A DNA stretch of 58,751 nucleotides, taken from contig JAQBHB010000045.1 in assembly GCA_032128115.1 (NCBI GenBank), positions 1 through 58,751 of the forward strand, written 5' to 3'. Below the pieces are notes generated by a model. It was not told the DNA's origin. It saw only the letters and a list, made by a program, of their open reading frames with translations, and did no database searches. Of the stretch, positions 18,794-27,391 are shown one piece after another. The position numbers and the translations under genes are program-made. Origin of the DNA: Deltaproteobacteria bacterium (GTDB taxonomy: Bacteria > Myxococcota_A > UBA9160 > SMWR01). Position 1 is the first letter of the stretch. Every line of letters starts with the position of its first letter.

Positions 18794-19311
18794 GATTGCT
18801 CCACGGGCTCGACCACGAACAGGATCGTCCCCACCTCGACGGTCTGTCCCTCGGTAACGGCCATCTCCGTGACCCGACCGTCGACGGGCGACCGGATTTC
18901 GTTTTCCATCTTCATGGCCTCGATGATGACGAGCCCCTGGCCCTCTTCCACCATGTCGCCGGCCGCAGCCTCGATCTTCACCACCTTGCCGGGCATCTCC
19001 GCCTCGACCGTCTGCGGGCCGCTGACCACCGGAGCCGCCGAGCTCGCCAGCAGCTTGGTGCGCTCATCCACCGACTCCAGATGGAAGGTGCGTCCGGCCA
19101 CCAGCACGTCGAAGCCGTGGAGCCCCTTCTCGTCCACCATGGCCTCGAATTGCTTACCGTCCTCGATGATCGAGTAGATGGTGGGGCCGCTCTTGACCGC
19201 GTCCACATGGACCGTCTGTCCGTCGATCACCACCTCGTACAGACCCTCGCCGTTCTCGGTCAGACTGATGCGCTTGCTCTCTCCCTTCTTCTCGGAGACG
19301 TCGTAGTTCAC
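18790..19311 (-). CDS. Biotin carboxyl carrier subunit of acyl-CoA carboxylase
   Basis: AEMPGKVV, IIEAMKMENEI biotinylation motif. Confidence 0.92.
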   Translation of the reverse strand: MNYDVSEKKGESKRISLTENGEGLYEVVIDGQTVHVDAVKSGPTIYSIIEDGKQFEAMVDEKGLHGFDVLVAGRTFHLESVDERTKLLASSAAPVVSGPQTVEAEMPGKVVKIEAAAGDMVEEGQGLVIIEAMKMENEIRSPVDGRVTEMAVTEGQTVEVGTILFVVEPVEQS

Positions 19312-20840
19312 CGCGTGCCCCCGCGCATCTGGGAGCGTCGGCCGAAATGTTTCCAGGAATCCCGGGCCGATCCCCCGGAGCCGGCCGACGCGGCCCGGCT
19401 GGCCTGCTTTTTGTCGCGGCGATAGGCCGCGATGGCGGCCAGCATGAAGGCCACGCGCCGGGCCTCATCGGTCTGCGAATCGTCGGACACGCCTCCGCTG
19501 CCGCCGTCCATGTGGGCGTCGATGAAGCCCGTGTCGTACCGACCCGCCAGGAAGACCGGGTGGCGCACCACCTTCTGGTGAAACGGGATCGATGTCTTGA
19601 TGCCCTTCACCACGAACTCGGTGAGGGCGCGCTTGAGGCGCTCGATGGCCTCGGTCCGGTCGGCGCCCCAGGCGATCAGCTTGGCCACCATGGGGTCGTA
19701 GTGGACCGTGACCGTGGCGCCCTGATAGACGCCGCTGTCCACGCGGATGCCGATCCCGTCGGCGGGGCGGTAGACCAGGATGTCGCCTGGCGACGGCGCG
19801 AATTTCTGGTCCGGATCCTCGGCGTAGATGCGCGCCTCGATGGCGTGCCCGCGGATGGAGACGTCCTCCTGGGCGATGCCCAGGGGCTCGCCGGCGGCCA
19901 CGCGGATCATCGCCTTCACGATGTCGATGCCGGTCACCTCCTCGGTGATGGCGTGCTCCACCTGGATCCGCGTATTCATCTCCAGGAAGTAGAAGTCGTC
20001 GTGGGCGTCCACCAGGAACTCGCAGGTTCCTGCGCCCGCGTAGCCGACGGCCACGGCCGCGGCCACGGCCGCGGCGCCCATCCGCGCCCGCAGCTCCGGG
20101 GTGATTCCGTTGCCCGGCGCCTCTTCGATCACCTTCTGATGGCGCCGCTGGATCGAGCACTCGCGTTCGCACAGGTGGATGGCATGGCCATGGCTGTCGG
20201 CCAGCACCTGGATCTCGATGTGGCGGGGCTGTTCGACGAACTTCTCCACGTACAGACCGTCGTCGCCGAACGAGGCCTTCGCCTCGCCCCGGGCCCGAGC
20301 CACCGCCTGGCTCAGTTCCTCGGACTTGCGCACCAGGCGCATGCCCTTGCCACCGCCGCCCGCGCTGGCCTTCACCATCACCGGGGGGCCCACCTCGGCC
20401 ACCCAGTCGGCGATCTGCTGATCGCTGAGGCGCTCGGTGGTACCGGGCACGATGGGAACCCTGGCCTTCGACATGGTCTGGCGCGATGTCACCTTGTCGC
20501 CCATGGCGCGAATCACGTCGCTCGAGGGTCCGATGAACACGACGCCCCGCTTCTGGCACAGGTCCGCGAAGTCGGCGTTCTCGGCCAGGAAGCCGTAACC
20601 CGGGTGGATGGCCTGGGCGCCCGAGCGCTCGGCGATCGCGAGGATGCGTTCCATCACCAGGTAGGAATCGCGGGCCGGCGGCGGTCCGCACGGATAGGCC
20701 TCGTCGGCGAAGCGCACGTGCAGGGCGTCGCGATCCACGTCCGAGTAGATGGCGACGGTCTTGATGCCCAGCTCGTGGCACGCGCGAATCACGCGAACCG
20801 CGATCTCTCCCCGATTGGCGATGAGGATCTTGTCGAACAC
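19308..20840 (-). CDS. accC: Biotin carboxylase subunit
   Basis: KILIANRGEIA, HPGYGFLAEN, GGGGKGMR, ERECSIQRRHQK, EMNTRIQVEH, YDPMVAKL. Confidence 0.95.
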   Translation of the reverse strand: MFDKILIANRGEIAVRVIRACHELGIKTVAIYSDVDRDALHVRFADEAYPCGPPPARDSYLVMERILAIAERSGAQAIHPGYGFLAENADFADLCQKRGVVFIGPSSDVIRAMGDKVTSRQTMSKARVPIVPGTTERLSDQQIADWVAEVGPPVMVKASAGGGGKGMRLVRKSEELSQAVARARGEAKASFGDDGLYVEKFVEQPRHIEIQVLADSHGHAIHLCERECSIQRRHQKVIEEAPGNGITPELRARMGAAAVAAAVAVGYAGAGTCEFLVDAHDDFYFLEMNTRIQVEHAITEEVTGIDIVKAMIRVAAGEPLGIAQEDVSIRGHAIEARIYAEDPDQKFAPSPGDILVYRPADGIGIRVDSGVYQGATVTVHYDPMVAKLIAWGADRTEAIERLKRALTEFVVKGIKTSIPFHQKVVRHPVFLAGRYDTGFIDAHMDGGSGGVSDDSQTDEARRVAFMLAAIAAYRRDKKQASRAASAGSGGSARDSWKHFGRRSQMRGGTR

Positions 20841-20843
20841 GGA

Positions 20844-22394
20844 TCAGAGGGGGATGTTGCCGTGCTTCTTGGGCGGCAGGCTGTCGCGTTTGTTGGAGAG
20901 CATCTCGAGCGCCTGGATCACCCTCGGGCGCGTCTCTTCCGGCCGGATCACCTCGTCGATGTAGCCGAGTTCCGCGGCCTTGAACGGGTTGGCGAAATTC
21001 TCGCGGTAGTCGGCCTCCAGCTCCGATCGGCGGCTGTCCGGGTCCGCGGACTCCACGAGTTCTTTGCGGAATACGATGTTGACGGCGCCGTCGGGACCCA
21101 TCACGGCCAGCTCGGCCGTGGGGTAGGCCAGGTTGACGTCGGCCCGGGTGTGCTTGCTGCTCATCACCACGTAGGCGCCGCCGTAGGCCTTGCGCGTGAT
21201 GATCGTGATGCGCGGCACCGTGGCCTCGCAGAAAGCGTACAGGAGCTTGGCCCCGTGTTTGATGATCCCGCCGTGCTCCTGCGCCACGCCGGGCAGGAAG
21301 CCCGGAACGTCTACGAACGTCACGATCGGAATGTTGAAGGCGTCGCAGAAGCGCACGAAGCGGGCGCCCTTCTTGGAGGCGTCGATGTCCAACACGCCGG
21401 CCAGGTGGGCCGGTTGGTTGGCCACGATGCCCACCGAACGACCGCCGAAGCGCGCGAAGCCCACCACCAGGTTCTTGGCGTAGAGGGAGCCCACCTGGAA
21501 GAAGCCGCCGTCGTCCACCACGAGCTTGATCAGCTCCACGATGTCATAGGGCTTGTTGGGCTTGTCCGGCACCAGGGTGCGCAGGGCCGGGTCCATGCGG
21601 TCCGCCGGATCGTCGGTCTCGAGGAAGGGCGGATCCTCGAGGTTGTTGGCCGGGATATAGGAGAGCAGGGTCCGCGTGATCTGGATGCACTCCTCTTCGC
21701 TGGCTGCGGCGAAATCGGCCACGCTGCTCTTGGAGGCGTGGGTCACCGCGCCGCCCAGCTCCTCGGCCGTCACGTCCTCGTGGGTAACCGTCTTGATCAC
21801 GTCCGGGCCCGTGATCATCATGTTGCTGGTGTTCTTCACCATGATGATGAAGTCGGTCATGGCCGGGGAGTACACGGCGCCCCCGGCGCAGGGCCCCATG
21901 ATCAGCGAGATCTGGGGAATGACTCCGGACGACAACACGTTGCGCAGGAAGACGTCGCCGTAGCCGCCCAGGGACACCACGCCCTCCTGGATGCGGGCGC
22001 CGGCGCCGTCATTGAGCCCGATTACCGGCGCGCCCACCTTGGCGGCCAGATCCATGATCTTGCAGATCTTCTCGGCGAACGCACCCGACAGGCTTCCGCC
22101 AAAGACCGTGAAATCCTGGGCGAAGGCGAAGACCTGGCGTCCAGCGATCTTGCCGTAGCCCGTCACCACTCCGTCGCCCGGGATCCTGGTCTCGGCCATG
22201 CCGAAGTCGGCACAGCGATGGACCACGAATTTTCCGATCTCTACGAAGCTGCCCGGGTCGAACAACAGCTCGACGCGCTCGCGCGCGGTGAGCTTGCCCG
22301 CCTGGTGCTGGCGCTCGATGCGCGCCTCGCCCCCTCCCAACAGGGCCTGGGCGTTCAGTTCTTCCAGTCGCTTGAGTTTCTCTTCCGCCGACAT
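20844..22394 (-). CDS. pccB: Acyl-CoA (propionyl-CoA-like) carboxylase carboxyltransferase subunit
   Basis: [61 protein letters not shown]; start ATG 22394. Confidence 0.92.
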   Translation of the reverse strand: MSAEEKLKRLEELNAQALLGGGEARIERQHQAGKLTARERVELLFDPGSFVEIGKFVVHRCADFGMAETRIPGDGVVTGYGKIAGRQVFAFAQDFTVFGGSLSGAFAEKICKIMDLAAKVGAPVIGLNDGAGARIQEGVVSLGGYGDVFLRNVLSSGVIPQISLIMGPCAGGAVYSPAMTDFIIMVKNTSNMMITGPDVIKTVTHEDVTAEELGGAVTHASKSSVADFAAASEEECIQITRTLLSYIPANNLEDPPFLETDDPADRMDPALRTLVPDKPNKPYDIVELIKLVVDDGGFFQVGSLYAKNLVVGFARFGGRSVGIVANQPAHLAGVLDIDASKKGARFVRFCDAFNIPIVTFVDVPGFLPGVAQEHGGIIKHGAKLLYAFCEATVPRITIITRKAYGGAYVVMSSKHTRADVNLAYPTAELAVMGPDGAVNIVFRKELVESADPDSRRSELEADYRENFANPFKAAELGYIDEVIRPEETRPRVIQALEMLSNKRDSLPPKKHGNIPL

Positions 22395-22407
22395 CTTCGA
22401 CTTCCAG

Positions 22408-23694
22408 TTACATGTTGGACAGCGCAACGGCCGTCTTGCTCAGCTGCTGTCCGTATTCGACGATGTCGATCTTCGTGCGCGCCACACCGCTGTCCATGGC
22501 GGCCTGGGCCACCGCGGGCACCACGTACGTGAGCAGCCGCGGGTCGAATGGCTTGGGGATGATGTAGTTCGGACCCAATTCGAAGTTCTCGTTGCCGTAG
22601 GCATCGCGCACGATCTGGGGAACCACCTTCCCCCGCGCCGCGAGCTCCGCCAGGGCCTGGGCCGCGGCCAGCTTCATGGGCTCATTGATCTTGCGGGCTC
22701 GCACATCGAGCGCGCCGCGGAAGATGAACGGGAAGCCCAACACGTTGTTCACCTGGTTGGGATGATCGGAGCGGCCGGTGGCCATGATGGCGTCGCTGCG
22801 CACCTGCTTCACCTCCGCCGGCGTGATCTCCGGATCCGGGTTGGCCATGGCGAAGATGATGGGGTTGGGCGCCATGCTCTTGACCATATCCGCAGTCATG
22901 AGCCCCGCCTGGGAGAGCCCGGCGAACACGTCGGCACCCTTGAGTGCGTCGGCCAGGGTGCGGGCCGGCGTCTTGATGGCGAACTCGGCCTTCTGGCGGT
23001 TCATTCCCGTGCTGCGTCCCTCGTAGATCACGCCGTGGCTGTCGCACAGCAGCATGTTCTCCACGGGAATCCCCAGGTCACGATAGAAGCGCGCGCACCC
23101 GATCCCCGCTGCGCCCGCGCCGGAGAACACCACGCGCGTGTCCTCGAACCCGCGGTTGGTGATGCGCAGCGCGTTGATGAGCGCCGCGCCGGAAATGATT
23201 GCCGTGCCGTGCTGATCGTCGTGGAAGACCGGGATGTCCAGGCTCTCGATCAGGCGTTCCTCGATCTCGAAGCATTCGGGGGCCCGGAAGTCCTCCAGGT
23301 TGATCCCCCCGAAGGTCGGTGCGATCACCTCGATCGTGCGGACGATCTCGTCCACGTCCTGGCTGTCGAGCTCGATGTCGAAGACATCCACGTCGGCAAA
23401 ACGCTTGAACAGGACCGCCTTGCCCTCCATCACCGGCTTGCCTGCCAGGGCACCGATGTTGCCCAGCCCCAGCACGGCGGTGCCGTTGCTGATGACGGCC
23501 ACCAGATTGCCCTTGGCCGTGTACTTGAAGGCTTCGTTGGGATCGCGGGCGATCTCCCGACACGGCTCGGCCACACCCGGCGTGTAGGCCAGGGAGAGAT
23601 CCTCCTGGCTCTCGGTCGGCTTGGTGGGCGTGATCTTGATCTTTCCGGGGCGGCCTTCGGAGTGATACGCAAGCGCCTGCTCTCGAGTGATCAA
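22408..23694 (-). CDS. NAD(P)-dependent malic enzyme (MaeB ME domain only, no PTA domain)
   Basis: [54 protein letters not shown] 23694 with GAGGA SD. Confidence 0.92.
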   Translation of the reverse strand: MITREQALAYHSEGRPGKIKITPTKPTESQEDLSLAYTPGVAEPCREIARDPNEAFKYTAKGNLVAVISNGTAVLGLGNIGALAGKPVMEGKAVLFKRFADVDVFDIELDSQDVDEIVRTIEVIAPTFGGINLEDFRAPECFEIEERLIESLDIPVFHDDQHGTAIISGAALINALRITNRGFEDTRVVFSGAGAAGIGCARFYRDLGIPVENMLLCDSHGVIYEGRSTGMNRQKAEFAIKTPARTLADALKGADVFAGLSQAGLMTADMVKSMAPNPIIFAMANPDPEITPAEVKQVRSDAIMATGRSDHPNQVNNVLGFPFIFRGALDVRARKINEPMKLAAAQALAELAARGKVVPQIVRDAYGNENFELGPNYIIPKPFDPRLLTYVVPAVAQAAMDSGVARTKIDIVEYGQQLSKTAVALSNM

Positions 23695-23815
23695 TCGGGC
23701 GTCCTCGCGTTGTATTCCGGTTGGCGTGAAAGCCATCCCAGGCAGCGGGCCGAGCATTCTATCAGATCGACCCCGGCCCTCGCGAGGCGAAAAGCCCCGT
23801 CCCCGGGGCGGCGGC

Positions 23816-24955
23816 TCACTCCCTGAGAAGCTCCCTGGCGATCACGAGGCGCTGGACCTGGTTGGTGCCCTCGTAGATCTGCATCAACTTGGCGTCCCGC
23901 ATCAGCTTCTCGACGGGATAATCACGGGTATACCCGTTGCCGCCGAAGACCTGGACCGCATCGGTCGTGATGCGCATGGCCGCGTCGGTGGCGAAGCACT
24001 TGGCGAAGGACGAGAACTTCGAGGCTCTCATGCCCTTGTCCACCATCCACGCGCTCTGCAGGGTGAGCAACCGCGAGGCCTCGATCTCCTTGGCCATGTC
24101 GGCCAGCATGAATTGAACCGCCTGGAAGTTCCCGATCGAAGTGCCGAATGCCTTGCGGTCGCCGGCGTACTTCACCGACTCCTCCAGGGCACGGCGTGCG
24201 ATTCCTGTGGCCAGGGCGGCGATGGGCGGGCGGGTGCGGTCCAGGGTGAGCATGGCGATCTTGAAGCCCTCGCCCTCCTGACCCAGGCGCTGGGCCGAAG
24301 GCACTCGCACCCCGTCGAACTGCACCACCCGGGTGTCGCTGGCGCGCTGGCCCATCTTGTCCTCCTTCTTGCCTCGGGACAGGCCTGGCGAGTCGGCGGG
24401 CACGATGAAGGCGCAGATTCCCTTGTGGCGCGACGAGCGGTCGAGGGTGGCGAAGACGGTGTAGAGGTCGGCCTCGCCACCGTTGGTGATCCAGCACTTG
24501 GTGCCGTTGAGCACGTAACTGTCGCCGTCCTTCTCGGCCTGCAACTGCAGGCCCGCCACGTCGGATCCGGCCTCGGGCTCCGACAGGCAGAACGAGATCA
24601 GCGAGAAGTTCCCGGCGCAGCGCTCCAGCCACTCGCGCTTCTGGTCCTCGTTTCCGGAGACGATGATGGGCATGAGACCCAGGTCGTTGCACATGATCGA
24701 GGTGCCGATGCCGGAGCAGCCCCAGGCGATCTCCTCGGTGATGATGCAGCTGTCGACGGACGAGAGGCCGACTCCCCCGTACTTCTGGGGGATGGCGGTG
24801 CTGGACAGACCCAGCTCCCAGGCCTTCTCGATCAGGTGGCGCGGGAACTCGCCGCTGCGGTCGTACCCGGCGGCAACCGGCGCGATCTCCTCGGACGCGA
24901 ACCGCCGTGCGGTCGCTTGAAGCGCCAGCTGCTCGTCGCTGAGCCCGAAGTCCAT
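23816..24955 (-). CDS. Acyl-CoA dehydrogenase
   Basis: [42 protein letters not shown]. Confidence 0.95.
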   Translation of the reverse strand: MDFGLSDEQLALQATARRFASEEIAPVAAGYDRSGEFPRHLIEKAWELGLSSTAIPQKYGGVGLSSVDSCIITEEIAWGCSGIGTSIMCNDLGLMPIIVSGNEDQKREWLERCAGNFSLISFCLSEPEAGSDVAGLQLQAEKDGDSYVLNGTKCWITNGGEADLYTVFATLDRSSRHKGICAFIVPADSPGLSRGKKEDKMGQRASDTRVVQFDGVRVPSAQRLGQEGEGFKIAMLTLDRTRPPIAALATGIARRALEESVKYAGDRKAFGTSIGNFQAVQFMLADMAKEIEASRLLTLQSAWMVDKGMRASKFSSFAKCFATDAAMRITTDAVQVFGGNGYTRDYPVEKLMRDAKLMQIYEGTNQVQRLVIARELLRE

Positions 24956-25062
24956 GGTCCTCGCAGGCTATGCAAAGGCAGCAACGCAGGCAAGCGGACC
25001 CCAGAGCCGACGCAAGCGGGCCGAAAGGCCCGCGCGAAGCGAGCCACCGGCGAGCGCAGTCC

Positions 25063-25845
25063 TCAACTGGCGGCGCCAAGCTCCCGGGACAAACGGTCGG
25101 CGGCGTCGGCCACCAGCGGGGCGATTTCGCCAAACAGCCGATCCTCGTCCATGCGGAAGGACGGGCCCGAGACCGAGATCGCCGCCACCAGATCCCCGCC
25201 GGCGTCGTAGACCGGCGCCGCGGAGCAGCACAGTCCCTCTTCGCACTCGCCCCGGTCCACCGCGAAGCCCTGTACGGCCACGCTGCGCAGCTGCTCGAAG
25301 AACTTGTCCCGGTCCACGACGGTGGCATCCGTGCGGGCCGCAAGACCCCGGGCCGCCACACTCCGGTCGAAGGCCTCGCGGGTGCTCTCCGGCGAGCAGC
25401 CAAGCATCACCTTCCCCAGTGCGGTGCAGTGGAGAGGCAGGCTGCTGCCGATCCGAAGGCCGGTGCAGACCAGGCGATCGGCCATCACGCCATCCAGGTG
25501 GACCACGTCAAAGCCGCGCAGGGAACCCAGGTGGGCCGATTCGCCGGTCCTGTCCACCAGCTCCAGCAGGATCGGACGGGCCCGCTTCATGAGATTCCGG
25601 CTCCGGGAGAAGGAGCGCCCCAGCTCGAGGATCCTGTAGCCCAGGCGGTAGCGCTTCTCCGCGCTCTGTTCGATGTAGCCCCGCTGCTCCAGGGTGGCGA
25701 GCAGCCGGAACACGTTGTTCTTGTGCAGCCCCAGTCGCCGCGAGAGCTCGGTCACTCCCAGCTCCTCGGAGTCGCGGAACTCCTCGAGCAGGCGGAGCGC
25801 ATTGATCACGGCCTGGATCGCGTACTCACCTCTGGGCTTCTTCAT
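25063..25845 (-). CDS. IclR family transcriptional regulator
   Basis: N-terminal wHTH (LGVTELSRRLGLHKNNVFRLL), PLHCTALGK, GFAVDRGE, AAISVSGP; ATG 25845. Confidence 0.92.
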   Translation of the reverse strand: MKKPRGEYAIQAVINALRLLEEFRDSEELGVTELSRRLGLHKNNVFRLLATLEQRGYIEQSAEKRYRLGYRILELGRSFSRSRNLMKRARPILLELVDRTGESAHLGSLRGFDVVHLDGVMADRLVCTGLRIGSSLPLHCTALGKVMLGCSPESTREAFDRSVAARGLAARTDATVVDRDKFFEQLRSVAVQGFAVDRGECEEGLCCSAAPVYDAGGDLVAAISVSGPSFRMDEDRLFGEIAPLVADAADRLSRELGAAS

Positions 25846-25985
25846 CCGCCTGGGTCTCCAAGCCCTCAGCTTCGATCGCGTCGATAACGGCCCCGGGTGG
25901 CGTGGGGGCGTGCCACCCAAGTCCCATCGGTTCCGACACGCGTCGGCTCTCCGATCTTTTCCGATCTGTCGGGAACGTGCGAATT

Positions 25986-26021
25986 CAGGATCACGACAAA
26001 GTCCAGGATCACGACGAAGTC
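25986..26021. repeat. 18-bp tandem direct repeat (2 copies)
   Basis: CAGGATCACGACAAAGTC / CAGGATCACGACGAAGTC in the iclR-lspA intergenic region. Confidence 0.8.
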
Positions 26022-26104
26022 CGATGCCGATGATAGCTGCTGCAATCGATCCGAAGTCTGCTCGCGATCGCGACGACCTCTCCCCGACGAGAACGAGCGG
26101 AGAA

Positions 26105-26134
26105 CCAATATCCCACGCTTTGCCGGAGTGTCAA
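26105..26134 (-). promoter_or_regulatory. Candidate sigma70 promoter for iclR
   Basis: TTGACA (26134-26129) followed 16-18 nt later by GATATT/TATTGG. Confidence 0.45.
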
Positions 26135-26296
26135 GAAAACTGCACACATCGAAGGGTCCGAACTCGCGTGATCGGCTTCACTCCGCGATAGATCGGTCGC
26201 AGGCCACCGACGGAAAACATGAATTCGGGTGTGGGGGCAATTACCGACGACCGAAAGAAATCTGGGCCGCCCACCATGGGTAAACCCGGGTGACCC

Positions 26297-26836
26297 TCAG
26301 CCGGATTGCGAACCGTCGACCGGAGAAGTGTTGACGGCGGTGTCCTGCGCGCGGTCTTCGCCCTCGCTGGCCAGCAGCTCCAGTACCAGAAGTGCGACGC
26401 CCACGACGATCGTGCTGTCGGCGATGTTGAAGTCGGGCCACGAGTAGCCGCCCCACAGACGGAAGTGCAGGAAATCCACGACCTCGCCGTGGCGCAAGCG
26501 GTCGAGCAGGTTCCCGACGGCGCCGCCCAGGATCAGTCCCAGCGCCAACGCCGCTAGGCGGTCCCCCGGGGCCAGCTTCCGGAAGAACGAGATGATGATC
26601 CCGATGGCAACCAGGGTGACACCGACGAAGAAAAAGAGGCGGATCCACAGATCTGCGTCTGCGAACAAGCCAAAGGCGGCGCCCGTGTTTCGGGCGTGGG
26701 TGAGGTAGAAGAACCCCTCGATCACCGGAACACGATCCGAGAAGCTGAGATTCCAGATCACGAGTTGTTTGGTGAGCTGGTCGGTGACGACGCTGAGTAC
26801 GAACGCCAGCATGCCGATGCGAAGCTTGGGTGTCAT
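26297..26836 (-). CDS. lspA: Lipoprotein signal peptidase II
   Basis: DQLTK, NTGAAFG, GGAVGNLLDR, VVDF, FNIADS. Confidence 0.95.
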   Translation of the reverse strand: MTPKLRIGMLAFVLSVVTDQLTKQLVIWNLSFSDRVPVIEGFFYLTHARNTGAAFGLFADADLWIRLFFFVGVTLVAIGIIISFFRKLAPGDRLAALALGLILGGAVGNLLDRLRHGEVVDFLHFRLWGGYSWPDFNIADSTIVVGVALLVLELLASEGEDRAQDTAVNTSPVDGSQSG

Positions 26837-26872
26837 GGGCGGCTCACCGTATCACAGGGTTTCCCACAGGGG

Positions 26873-27391
26873 CTATCGCAGCTCCCCAGGCGCCAGGCGG
26901 CCGTCGGCCCATACCGCGGGCGCCAGTCTGTGGGCTCGAGCCAACAGGGGCTGCGCCTCTTCGAAGCGCCCGGCCTGGTAGAGCGCGTTGCCCCGCAGGC
27001 CCACCAGGTGCGGCTCGACCCGAGGGGATTGCGCCCCCTGGGAATTCAGCAGCACCGTGGTCTGGTCCAGAACTGACACAGTGCGGTCCGGATCCGGGCG
27101 GTCGGCGTAGTAGCGCGCAAGCGCCAGGTAGGCGTAGGGGTTGGTGGCGTCCAGTTGGATCGCGCGTTCGTATTGGCTGAGCGCCATGCGCGGCCGCCCT
27201 TCCACCTCCGAATCCAGGCCGTCCACCACCAGGCGCGTGGAGGCGCGGCGGGTAGCGTCTCCGGTCGCTGCCATCTCGGAGATGCGAAGCGCCCCGCCGG
27301 GATCCGAGCGACGAGGGAGCCCACCACAGGCGGCGAGTCCGGCAGCGGCGAGTGCCAGGAGCCATGCCGTACCTCGACCGGCGCGGATCAC
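26873..27391 (-). CDS. TPR-repeat lipoprotein (LpoP-like candidate PBP1B activator)
   Basis: GTGA overlap with the mrcB stop; lipobox LAAC; TPR-like ALSQYERAIQLDATNPYAYLALA and GNALYQAGRFEEA. Confidence 0.75.
   Translation of the reverse strand: MIRAGRGTAWLLALAAAGLAACGGLPRRSDPGGALRISEMAATGDATRRASTRLVVDGLDSEVEGRPRMALSQYERAIQLDATNPYAYLALARYYADRPDPDRTVSVLDQTTVLLNSQGAQSPRVEPHLVGLRGNALYQAGRFEEAQPLLARAHRLAPAVWADGRLAPGELR

Noticed and set aside
19347..22532. Very long antisense or alternate-frame ORFs (e.g. 1061 aa here, 1091 aa at 33763-37038, 684 aa at 1513-3567)
   Set aside because: Shadow ORFs of well-conserved genes in high-GC DNA; Arg/Pro/Gly-rich and without motifs.
25986..26021. CRISPR interpretation of the short direct repeats (also 32560-32596 and 44165-44199)
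   Set aside because: Only two copies each, no spacers of CRISPR length and no cas genes.
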